NCBI GenBank assembly: GCA_963740455.1
Contig: CAVUEF010000012.1
Span: 148,298 to 212,297 of the forward strand
DNA: 64,000 nt
DNA from: an uncultured beta proteobacterium
GTDB taxonomy: Bacteria; Pseudomonadota; Gammaproteobacteria; Burkholderiales; Burkholderiaceae_C
Direction: 5' to 3'
Made by a program: the position numbers and the translations under genes. Shown piece by piece: positions 19,643-28,207 of this stretch. The first letter of the stretch is position 1. Each line of letters opens with the position of its first letter. Under the pieces are notes generated by a model that was given only the letters and a program-made list of their open reading frames with translations, made no database searches and had not been told where the DNA came from.

Positions 19643-20056
19643 ATGACCATTGCCTGGCGCCCCTTGATGGCGGTGGGCGACGCGACCGTCGACGCTGACC
19701 ACCAGACGCTCATTGAGCTCATCAATGCAGTGGAGTTGATATTGCTCGCCGGTGGCGGTCGAGCCAAGCTGGCCACATCGCTGGACCAGTTGAGCACGTA
19801 TGCGAAAGAACACTTCGAACGCGAGGAGGGCCTGATGCGGCACACTGGCTTTGGCGGCCTGGAGCATCATCACCAAGCTCATCGGGGACTGCGCTCGCAG
19901 CTGGTGACACTTCGGACCAGCATCGAGGCTGCGGCGGATGATGCCCTTCCGCCCGAGGAGGTTGAGCGCCTGGCTGCGCTCTTGCGCCATTGGCTGCTGG
20001 ATCATGTCTTCAAGGAAGACATGTTGCTCAAGCCGTTTCTCAAAAGCCTCTCGTAG
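19643..20056 (+). CDS. hemerythrin-like metal-binding protein (bacteriohemerythrin)
   Basis: 137 aa. Di-iron ligand pattern DADHQTL, HFEREE, HHQAH, HWLLDHVFKED. Confidence 0.85.
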   Translation: MTIAWRPLMAVGDATVDADHQTLIELINAVELILLAGGGRAKLATSLDQLSTYAKEHFEREEGLMRHTGFGGLEHHHQAHRGLRSQLVTLRTSIEAAADDALPPEEVERLAALLRHWLLDHVFKEDMLLKPFLKSLS

Positions 20057-20163
20057 CCCACCCCGATCTTGAGCAGGCAACGCCAAGTTCGCTTGGTGGC
20101 CGACGGACCTCAAGCGTGCGACGCGTTGATCGGGCGTCTTGGCTGCTCGGCTTTGGCCACAGG

Positions 20164-20281
20164 TTCAAAGCTTGAAGTCGTAATCAATCGTCAGCGGCGC
20201 ATGGTCGCTGAAGCGCCGGTCGAGATAGATGGACTCGCGCCTGGCCAGCGCCGCGAGGCCGGACGTCGCCAAGTGGTAGTC
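20164..20281 (-). pseudogene. orphan 3'-terminal fragment of xthA (direct repeat copy)
   Basis: 116 of 118 nt identical to 21798-21915, the 3' end of the intact xthA gene. No gene body attached. Confidence 0.85.
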
Positions 20282-20743
20282 AATTGCACAAAAAACCGAA
20301 AGCGATGCCGGGATTTGACAGGTGCCGGTCAAGCGCCATCGGGGTCGTATCTCTTGCCCCGTGCATCAAGGTGGCTGAGTGCCAGCGCTGCGCAGCGAAA
20401 GTCGGCAGTCTGATTGAGACCGTCACTGATCGCGCCGAGTCAGTCGACGGCCCACGACCCAAAGTCGTCGCCCACCACGTTGTTTTTGGCACCCGAAAGA
20501 TCCCGTTCGATCGGCAGCAGCACATGCGAACGCCTCAAAGCGGCCATTTTCCTTATGGCGACAACCGAAAGACACACGACCAACACATTACCCGGCAAAA
20601 TCGATCAAGTGCTCTTGTGACGTTCGGGCCTTTGCCTATACAAACTAGGGAAGTGAATACCCCGTGTCGATGCGCTTTACACATGAATTGCGAGACCGCT
20701 CAACAAATCTTGTAAGTTGTTGAAGTTGCTGAGAAATTCTTTT

Positions 20744-20758
20744 TGGCATAGAAAGTGC
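20744..20758 (+). promoter_or_regulatory. candidate sigma-54 (-24/-12) promoter upstream of the PEP-CTERM gene
   Basis: TGGCAT-AGAAA-GTGC against consensus TGGCAC-N5-TTGC, with correct GG/GC spacing, about 40 nt upstream of ATG 20799. Confidence 0.35.
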
Positions 20759-20798
20759 GTGTAGATGCGCGTAACCAAGTCTATGAGGGGATCAGATA

Positions 20799-21419
20799 AT
20801 GAAACTCACTTTATCCGCCATTTTGCGGTCTTTTGCCGAAGCGGCCCTGTTGCTTGGCTTGCTGGCGGGAGCCACGTCTGGTTCAGCCACCGTGCTGACT
20901 GCGACAGACTCATCCTGGAAAATAACGCCGTCCGCGCCAGCTGCTGGCTGGAACAGCAACACAGTCTTCAATGATTCCGGGTGGCAATCCGCCACCGTGC
21001 TCGCTATTCCACCTTATTTAAGCGGAAATTACATCTGGAGTTCTGGCGGGCAGTTTTCCACAACCGAGACGCAGGTTTGGGCCAGGTCTGTTTTTAATCT
21101 CAGCACGCTTCCGTCGTCCGCCGTTCTCGACAGCGCCTTCGATGACGATGGCGATATCTTCATAAATGGGACTCAGGTGGTCAGCGATCACAATGGCGTG
21201 GCCAACGCCAATGCCTCCGTCTCCATCGCCTCGTACCTGACCCTTGGTGACAATTTGATCGCGTTTACCGCCACGGACAACTATCGGACATACGGCTACA
21301 ACCACGCTGCTGCCGCAGTAATTAACGCCACTTTCGCGCAGGTACCCGAACCTGCCACCCTCGCCCTGCTGGGGTTGGGACTCGCCGGCCTGGGGCTGAT
21401 GCGTCGCCGCGCAGCGTGA
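20799..21419 (+). CDS. PEP-CTERM sorting-domain secreted protein
   Basis: Signal peptide, then the C-terminal VPEPATLALLGLGLAGLGLMRRRAA (PEP motif, TM helix, Arg cluster). Lower GC than the flanks. Confidence 0.85.
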   Translation: MKLTLSAILRSFAEAALLLGLLAGATSGSATVLTATDSSWKITPSAPAAGWNSNTVFNDSGWQSATVLAIPPYLSGNYIWSSGGQFSTTETQVWARSVFNLSTLPSSAVLDSAFDDDGDIFINGTQVVSDHNGVANANASVSIASYLTLGDNLIAFTATDNYRTYGYNHAAAAVINATFAQVPEPATLALLGLGLAGLGLMRRRAA

Positions 21420-21797
21420 TATTGCCGCTACGACGCCCTGAACGTCGTCAATGTTTTGACTGGCATGCCAAACAGGTCTGCGAACTCCCCCGGGGGGGGT
21501 AAACCCAGACCTTGTTTTCCTTGCAAAACGCTTGGTCAACCAAGGCTTGGTTGATTTCGTACGGCTGCGATAGCCGATTCCGCGGTAGCGCGCTGGCGAC
21601 CCGACGACGGCGACGAGTGTCGGCACCCAGTCTTGCAGCGACATTCACCTTGCCGGTGCGAATGTCGGAATTGGCCGCGCGCTGACCCACGGCGCCACAG
21701 GCCCAAGGTCGGTTGCACACCACATTGCAGACCCCGAGCCGACCGCCTCTGAGCACTCGACGCGAAAGCTCAGCCGCGCCGGCCTTGGATTGATCGC

Positions 21798-21915
21798 TTC
21801 AAAGCTTGAAGTCGTAATCAATCGTCAGCGGCGCATGGTCGCTGAAGCGCCGGTCGAGATAGATGGACTCGCGCCTGGCCAGCGCCGCGAGGCCGGGCGT
21901 CGCCAAGTGATAGTC
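21798..21915 (-). repeat. 118-bp direct repeat copy inside the intact xthA 3' end
   Basis: Pairs with 20164-20281 (2 mismatches). Confidence 0.9.
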
Positions 21916-22602
21916 CAGACGCCAGCCCACATTGTTTGTGCGCGCTTGGCCGCGATTGCTCCACCAGGTGTATTGCTCGGCCCTGTCGTTGAGGGTGCGG
22001 AACACGTCGACCAGGCCGCCTTCGCCCAGCAGTCGGGTCATCCAGTCGCGCTCCTCGGGCAGGAAGCCGCTGTTCTTCAGATTGCCCTTCCAGTTCTTCA
22101 GATCTATCTCCTTGTGCGCGATGTTCACGTCGCCCACCAGAATGAATTCGCGCTCGGCCTTCAATTCCATCAGGTGGTCGTAGATCGCCTCCAGAAAGCG
22201 AAACTTTGCCTGCTGGCGTTCCTCGCCGCTGGAGCCGCTCGGGAAGTAGCAGCTGATCAAGCTGAGCTTGCGGCCCGGCTTGTCGTAGCGGGTCTCTATC
22301 CAGCGTCCCTCCAAGTCGAATTCGGCCACGCCGATGCCGCTGCGCACATCGCTGGGCGCGTGGCGCACATACAGACCGACGCCTGAATAGCCCTTCTTCT
22401 GCGCGAAGTGAAAGTGGCCTTGGTGATGGTGCGTGGCCTCGAACTTTCCGCTCACGTCGGAGGCCTGAGCCTTGACTTCTTGCACGCCCACTGCATCGGC
22501 GTCCTGCTGGACGAGCCAGTCAAAGAAGCCTTTCGTCGAGGCGGATCGGATGCCGTTGAGGTTGGCGGTAATGAGGCGCACGTTGGAAATCCCAAGTTTC
22601 AA
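21799..22602 (-). CDS. xthA: exodeoxyribonuclease III
   Basis: EEP-fold motifs: ANLNGIR, QEVK, GDVNIAH, WWSNRG, FSDHAPL. The real start may be GTG 22581 (VRLITANLNGIR). Confidence 0.9.
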   Translation of the reverse strand: MKLGISNVRLITANLNGIRSASTKGFFDWLVQQDADAVGVQEVKAQASDVSGKFEATHHHQGHFHFAQKKGYSGVGLYVRHAPSDVRSGIGVAEFDLEGRWIETRYDKPGRKLSLISCYFPSGSSGEERQQAKFRFLEAIYDHLMELKAEREFILVGDVNIAHKEIDLKNWKGNLKNSGFLPEERDWMTRLLGEGGLVDVFRTLNDRAEQYTWWSNRGQARTNNVGWRLDYHLATPGLAALARRESIYLDRRFSDHAPLTIDYDFKL

Positions 22603-22880
22603 ATTTCCAGTATCGCAGCTGTCGAGTCATCGCCTGTGGCGCGTCATTTTGACAACACAAGCGGACTCTCAGGGATTTACCAGGGTTCGCGGTTCCCGCG
22701 AATTGATACAGTCGCTCCGGCGATGAGCCAAACGTTTTCGCGCAAACGTTTGGCTTGAGTGCAGTGCCTAATAAGGCACTCGGGCTGCCGCGCACGACGC
22801 ACGAAGCGCGTCACAAGTACATGCCGCTGCCCTGCCCACCTGTCTATCTGACGCGGAAATCAACCAACCCTGGGGAAAAA

Positions 22881-25190
22881 ATGCATATGACTCGAAATTC
22901 CATCCGACCAAGCTTGCTGGCGCTCGCTGTAATTGCCGCTTTTCCCATGCAGGCGGTTCAGGCACAGGCCGCCGACCCGTCCGCCGCAGAAGCAAAAAGA
23001 GATCCGACCAAGCTCGAAGCCGTCATCGTGACGGCGAGCCGGCGCACCGAGAACCTGAAGGACGTGCCGATGTCGATTTCGACCATCAAGGCCGACGACC
23101 TGGATACCTACAACGCCAGCGGTCAGGATGTCCGCGCCTTGTCGGCGCGTGTGCCCAGCCTGAACATCGAATCCGACTTCGGTCGCTCGTTCCCGCGCTT
23201 CTATATCCGCGGCCTGGGCAATACCGATTTCGACCTGAACGCCTCGCAGCCGGTCGGCTTGGTCTATGACGACGTGGTGCAGGAAAGCCCGATGCTCAAG
23301 GGCTTTCCGGTGTTTGACGTGGCGCAGGTGGAAGTGCTGCGTGGCCCGCAGGGAACGCTGTTCGGCCGCAATTCGCCGGCGGGCGTCTTGAAGTTCGATT
23401 CGGCCAAGCCGGTCAAGCACCTCGAGGGTTATGCCTCGCTCGGCTTTGGCCGCTACCGCGCCGTCAACCTCGAAGCCATGATCAACGTGCCGCTGAACGA
23501 CGACTGGCAGGTGCGCATGGCTGGCATATCGCAAACCGCCAACGACCGCGTGCACAACCCGCTGCCCACCGGTACGCAAAATCTGGAAGGCTATGCGGAC
23601 CGCGCGGCGCGCGTTCAGGCCGCCTACAAGAACGGCAGCTTCAACGCACTGTTCAACTTGCATGGACGTGACTACAAGGGCAACGCCACGACTTTCCGCG
23701 CCAACATCATGAAGCGCGGCACCAACGATCTGGTCGATGGCTTCAACTATTCCAGCTATCCGTCCGATGGACTGAATTCGCAGACCCTCACCTCCACCGG
23801 CGCGAGCGCGCGCCTGCGCTGGGATCTGGTCGGCGTGACGATCAACTCGATCACCGCCTACGACCGCGCCACGTTCTACAGCCGCGGCGACGTCGATGGC
23901 GGTTTTGGCGGCGTATTCAACGGTCACCCTGTCGTGGGCCCCAACTATCCGGGGCAGCAGGCCTTGATTCCGTTCGCCGCGGAAACCGCCGACGGCCTGC
24001 CCTACCTGAGGCAGATGACGCAGGAACTGCGCGTCTCGTCCAATACCAAGGACGCCCTGCAATGGATTGGCGGCCTGTACTTCTTCAACGAGAAGATCCA
24101 GGTCGACAGCTTCAACTTCGACTCGTTCGCCCCTGGCAATCCGCAGAACGGTTACGCCGTCCAGCATCAGGAAGCGAAATCGTGGGCCGCCTTCGGCACG
24201 CTCAACTACGCCGTATCGGACCGGCTGAAACTGCGCGGCGGCCTGCGCTATACGGATGACAAGAAGGACTTCGACGCCTCGCGCACGACCACTCCAGGCG
24301 GCGGCGCCAACGTCGGCCCGCTGACGGCAAACCCGAAGTCGACCAACTGGAGCTGGGATGTCGGCGCCAACTACCTGCTCGACAAATCGACCACCCTGTT
24401 TGCGCGCGTCGCCACCGGCTACCGCGCACCGAGCATTCAGGGCCGCGTGCTGTTCGGCGATACGATTTCGGTGGCAAATTCAGAAAAGGCTTTGTCGTTT
24501 GAAGCCGGTTTCAAGGCCGATGTGCTGGACGACACCGCACGCCTGAGCGGCTCGGTATTCAGTTATCAAGTCAAGGATCTGCAACTGACTGCGGGCAGCG
24601 GCAGCGTCAACCAGAACCGGCTGGTGAACGCCAAGAAAGCCGTGGGCAGCGGCTTTGAGCTAGACGCGCAGGCCATCCTCAGCCGCGCGTGGAAGACCTC
24701 GCTGGGCCTGAGCTACAACGACACGCAGATCAAGGACCCCGACTTGTTTGTCGCGCCTTGCGGCAACGCCACGTTCCAGTTCTTGCTGGCCAACACTGGC
24801 TGCACCGTCACCAGCAAGCCGGGCCCGGTGGCAGGCACGGTCCTGATCGGTGGCAATCCCTTGCCGCGCGCACCCAAGTGGGTGGCCAACTGGACGCTCA
24901 AGTACAGCACCGAGGTGGCTGGCGGAGATCTGTATGTGGTCACCGATTGGGCTTACAAGGACTCGTACAACATGTTTCTGTACGAAGCCAAGGAGTACCG
25001 CGCCAAGGCCTCGCTGGAAGGCGGGCTGCGTGTCGGGTACAGCTTCAACGCCGGCAGGTATGAGGTCGCGGCCTATGTTCGCAACCTGACCAACCGCCAG
25101 CAACTGATCGCCGCCATCGACTTCAACAATCTGACCGGCATCGTGAACGAGCCGCGCAACTTTGGCGTTCAGTTCAAGGCGAACTTCTGA
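22881..25190 (+). CDS. TonB-dependent outer-membrane receptor
   Basis: ATG 22881 gives a signal peptide (..AAFPMQAVQAQA). TonB-box-like LEAVIVTASR, plug region, long beta-barrel, terminal ..FGVQFKANF. Confidence 0.9.
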   Translation: MHMTRNSIRPSLLALAVIAAFPMQAVQAQAADPSAAEAKRDPTKLEAVIVTASRRTENLKDVPMSISTIKADDLDTYNASGQDVRALSARVPSLNIESDFGRSFPRFYIRGLGNTDFDLNASQPVGLVYDDVVQESPMLKGFPVFDVAQVEVLRGPQGTLFGRNSPAGVLKFDSAKPVKHLEGYASLGFGRYRAVNLEAMINVPLNDDWQVRMAGISQTANDRVHNPLPTGTQNLEGYADRAARVQAAYKNGSFNALFNLHGRDYKGNATTFRANIMKRGTNDLVDGFNYSSYPSDGLNSQTLTSTGASARLRWDLVGVTINSITAYDRATFYSRGDVDGGFGGVFNGHPVVGPNYPGQQALIPFAAETADGLPYLRQMTQELRVSSNTKDALQWIGGLYFFNEKIQVDSFNFDSFAPGNPQNGYAVQHQEAKSWAAFGTLNYAVSDRLKLRGGLRYTDDKKDFDASRTTTPGGGANVGPLTANPKSTNWSWDVGANYLLDKSTTLFARVATGYRAPSIQGRVLFGDTISVANSEKALSFEAGFKADVLDDTARLSGSVFSYQVKDLQLTAGSGSVNQNRLVNAKKAVGSGFELDAQAILSRAWKTSLGLSYNDTQIKDPDLFVAPCGNATFQFLLANTGCTVTSKPGPVAGTVLIGGNPLPRAPKWVANWTLKYSTEVAGGDLYVVTDWAYKDSYNMFLYEAKEYRAKASLEGGLRVGYSFNAGRYEVAAYVRNLTNRQQLIAAIDFNNLTGIVNEPRNFGVQFKANF

Positions 25191-25273
25191 CGCTTGAGGT
25201 CTGGTGCCGGCCCGTCGCCGCAGTTTGACTGCGCGGCGGGCCTTTACGCTTGGGGATCAGCAGTCGTAAAGAC

Positions 25274-25400
25274 GCTTGCAGGCGGTCAGGCCTTCGTCAG
25301 GCGTCGCTCAAGCCGCAGGGCTTGAGCCCGTCGACTCAGCCTGCCCGCTTGCAGGCGGTCAGGCCTTCGTCAGGCGTCGCTCAAGCCGCAGGGCTTGAGC
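25274..25400. repeat. two 54-bp hairpin repeats (REP-like) in a convergent intergenic region
   Basis: Identical units at 25274-25327 and 25347-25400 (GCTTGCAGGCGGTCAGGCCTTCGTCAGGCGTCGCTCAAGCCGCAGGGCTTGAGC). Each has the 9-bp stem GCTCAAGCC/GGCTTGAGC. Located between the 3' ends of the TBDR gene and nirN. Confidence 0.85.
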
Positions 25401-25411
25401 TCGGTCCTGAC

Positions 25412-26968
25412 TCAGTGCGAGGTGCCTTCGGAGCGGGAGATCTTGTTCCAGACGTTGTACTTGCCCACCGGCTTGCTCATCGGCAGGCGCTTGACTTCCT
25501 TGAAAGTGGCCGCGTCATAGACGATCAGCGCGCCGTTCATTTCCCACAGGCTCGCCAGCGCGTAGCGGCCGTCCTTGGTGAACTCGATGTGGGCCAGCGT
25601 CTTGCCGGGCTCCTTGACTTGTGCCACGACTTTGAGCGTGCGCTTGTCGAAGATGGTGAGCGTGTCGTGGGCGGTCGGGCTCATCATCGAATCGGTCCAG
25701 GCATAGGGCGTGGCCTCGTGGCTGCGCACGAAAAAACCCGGCCCCGGTGTGGCGATGCTGGCCAGGTGCTTCCAGGTGCCCATGTCGATGACGTCGAGCA
25801 TGGCGCCCTTCAGGTTCGGGCTGACCAGCACGCGTCGCCCCTGGTAGCTGAAGGTGATGCCCGATCCCAGATGCGGCATGCCCGCAATCGGCAGCTCGGC
25901 AATTTTGCGCCGCACGTCCAGATTCACCACCTGGGCGCTGGGCTGGCCGTCGGCGTGCGGCCGTGTGGCGCCGAGCACATTGCGGTAGCTCTGGTCGAAG
26001 AAGAAGTCGTCGAGCGGCTCGTCGAGCAGGGTGCGGCGCACGCCGAAGTAGCCGGGCTTGGCAATGCCCTCGCCCATTTTGTAGTCGTGCACATAGCCGT
26101 CGAAAATCGGTTCGGCCTTGGGATCGTAGGAGATCTCCCACAGCTCGGCGATGTCCTTCATCGCCACGACGAAACTGTGGCGCGGCGCGGCGTCGTAGAC
26201 GGCCGAGACGCGCGAGCTCTGCTTGCCGTCGAGCGTCGCAGCCGGATAGATTCTCTGCAGCTTCAGGTCGGCGTCGAACAGCACCACCGTGTGCGGCAGA
26301 TAGTTGGCCGCCATCACCCAGCGCCCGTCGTCGCTGACCGCCACATTGCGCATATTCAACCCGGCGCGCACCTCGGCCACGATGGTCAGGTTCCACAGGT
26401 CGTACTTGGTGATCCAGCCGTCGCGCGAGCCAAAGAACACATAGCGTCCGTCGGGCGTGAACTTCGGTCCGCCGTGCAACGCGTAGCGGCTCTCGAAACG
26501 GTGGAAGACCTCGAAGCGGTCGCCGTCGACCAGCGAGACATGGTGGTCGCCGCCTTCGACGACGACGAACAAATTCATCGGATCGGCCCGCCACTGCGGC
26601 TTGGCCGGCAGTGTCTTGGCGTCAGCACGCTCGGTGTGCGAAGCGCGAATGTCGGCCTCGCTCCAGTGCGGCGCCGGGTTGACCGGCGTGTAGATGTACT
26701 GCACCAGGGCGGCGATCTCTTCGGCCTTGAGCTTGGCAGCAAAGCCTGCCATCTGCGTGGCCGGTCGGCCATTCGTGATGACTTTTTGCGCCTCGGGACG
26801 ACGCAAGCGCTCCAGGCTTTCAGGCAACAGCGCCGGGCCCATCAGGCCGAAGCGCTGCGGGCCGTGACAGCTGGCGCAATGCTCGGCGAACAGCGCCGGC
26901 GCATCGATGGCCTGCGCATGCACGGCACCCACCAGCAGGCCGGCCGCAATCACCCACCAGCGCTTCAT
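25412..26968 (-). CDS. nirN: cytochrome cd1-like heme d1 maturation protein NirN (dihydro-heme d1 dehydrogenase family)
   Basis: Start MKRWWVIAAG (ATGA overlap with the nirJ stop). Signal peptide, heme c site CASCHG, d1-type beta-propeller paralogous to NirS and NirF. Confidence 0.85.
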   Translation of the reverse strand: MKRWWVIAAGLLVGAVHAQAIDAPALFAEHCASCHGPQRFGLMGPALLPESLERLRRPEAQKVITNGRPATQMAGFAAKLKAEEIAALVQYIYTPVNPAPHWSEADIRASHTERADAKTLPAKPQWRADPMNLFVVVEGGDHHVSLVDGDRFEVFHRFESRYALHGGPKFTPDGRYVFFGSRDGWITKYDLWNLTIVAEVRAGLNMRNVAVSDDGRWVMAANYLPHTVVLFDADLKLQRIYPAATLDGKQSSRVSAVYDAAPRHSFVVAMKDIAELWEISYDPKAEPIFDGYVHDYKMGEGIAKPGYFGVRRTLLDEPLDDFFFDQSYRNVLGATRPHADGQPSAQVVNLDVRRKIAELPIAGMPHLGSGITFSYQGRRVLVSPNLKGAMLDVIDMGTWKHLASIATPGPGFFVRSHEATPYAWTDSMMSPTAHDTLTIFDKRTLKVVAQVKEPGKTLAHIEFTKDGRYALASLWEMNGALIVYDAATFKEVKRLPMSKPVGKYNVWNKISRSEGTSH

Positions 26969-28206
26969 GACTCGACCGCAGCGATGGGCACGCGGCGTTT
27001 TGTCTTGAACGGCGTGACCGCAAGCCGCGCGGCGCCGTCCGCCAGGCCGATCTCGGCATCGTCCAGGTAGCAGCCCGGGTCTTCGGCCCAGGGATTGCCG
27101 CTGACCTGCTCGGCGCGCACGCGCGTATTGCCGCCGCAGATGTCGAGATGCACGCAGCTGGCGCAGCGCCCTTCGACCGGTCGCGGCTGCGCCTTGAGCC
27201 CTGCCATCAAAGGCTCGCTGGTGTCGCTCCAGATCAAAGAGAAGGGCCGCTCGCGCACATTGCCCAAGGTGTGGTGCCACCACATCGTGTCGGGATGCAC
27301 CTGACCCAGGTTGTCGATATTGGCGACATTCACGCCCGACGAGTTGCCACCCCAGGCGACCAGGTGCTCGCGCAAGGCGGCGCCGAAACGCGCGTGCAGG
27401 TCGGGGTGGCGGCGCGCCAGCCAGTGCAGCAGCCAGGGGCCGTCGGCATCGTTGTTGCCGGTCACATATTCTTCGTCCAGGCCGTCGCGAGCCGCCTGCC
27501 AGGCGCGGTCGAACAGCAGGTCCAGGGTATCGCGCGTGGCCGCGAACTGCGCGTCCTTGGCGCGATGGATGTTGCCGCGGCCGGCGTAATTCAGGTGCGA
27601 GAAATAGAACTTGTCGACCTGTTCGTCGCGCATCAGTTGCAGCAAGGCCGGCAGGTCATGGGCGTTGAGCGCCGTCATCGTGAAGCGCAGCCCCACCTTC
27701 ACGCCACGCGCATGCAGATGGCGCACCGCGGCCAGACTGCGATCGAAGGCGCCTTCGAGGCGGCGGAATTTGTCGTGCGTTTCGCGCAAACCATCCAGGC
27801 TGATGCCGACATAGTCGAAGCCGGTGGCGGCAACCCGGTCGGCCATCGACTCATCGATCAAAGTGCCGTTGGTCGACAGACCCACATAGAAGCGCATGGC
27901 CTTGGCGCGGTCGGCGATCTCGAACAGGTCGGGCCGCATCAAGGGCTCTCCGCCGGACAAAATCAACACCGGCACCTTGTAGGCCTTCAGGTCGTCCATC
28001 ACGCCGAACACTTCGGCCGTGTTCAGCTCGCCCTCGTAGTCGTGGTCGGCCGACAGCGCGTAGCAGTGCTTGCAGGTGAGATTGCAGCGGCGTATCAGGT
28101 TCCAGATCACCACCGGACCGGGCGGCTGGTGCGCGCGCGCAACCGCCATCGCACCGCTGGCTTGAGCGTCGGCCAGCAGGCGCATGAATTGTGAGATACG
28201 GAACAT
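26965..28206 (-). CDS. nirJ: radical SAM heme d1 biosynthesis protein NirJ
   Basis: CNLTCKHC radical-SAM motif. C-terminal Cys cluster (CASCVHLDICGG). Position within the nir cluster. Confidence 0.9.
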   Translation of the reverse strand: MFRISQFMRLLADAQASGAMAVARAHQPPGPVVIWNLIRRCNLTCKHCYALSADHDYEGELNTAEVFGVMDDLKAYKVPVLILSGGEPLMRPDLFEIADRAKAMRFYVGLSTNGTLIDESMADRVAATGFDYVGISLDGLRETHDKFRRLEGAFDRSLAAVRHLHARGVKVGLRFTMTALNAHDLPALLQLMRDEQVDKFYFSHLNYAGRGNIHRAKDAQFAATRDTLDLLFDRAWQAARDGLDEEYVTGNNDADGPWLLHWLARRHPDLHARFGAALREHLVAWGGNSSGVNVANIDNLGQVHPDTMWWHHTLGNVRERPFSLIWSDTSEPLMAGLKAQPRPVEGRCASCVHLDICGGNTRVRAEQVSGNPWAEDPGCYLDDAEIGLADGAARLAVTPFKTKRRVPIAAVES

Positions 28207-28207
28207 G

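Noticed and set aside
20284-20715. 143-aa plus-strand ORF and the overlapping 81-aa minus-strand ORF inside the xthA-flanked islet.
   Set aside because: No recognisable motifs, odd composition and no ribosome-binding site. Probably non-coding remnant DNA.
21018-21756. Minus-strand ORFs of 208 aa and 102 aa overlapping the PEP-CTERM gene end and its downstream region.
   Set aside because: The 208-aa ORF is antisense to the well-supported PEP-CTERM gene. Only the short TnpB-like motif at its 3' neighbour is kept, as a weak finding.
22603-22880. Cobalamin or TPP riboswitch upstream of the TonB-dependent receptor.
   Set aside because: No B12 box (..AGYCMGGAGACCKGCC..) or THI-box core is recognisable by eye. 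Only generic palindromes are seen, and these are reported separately as a low-interest finding.
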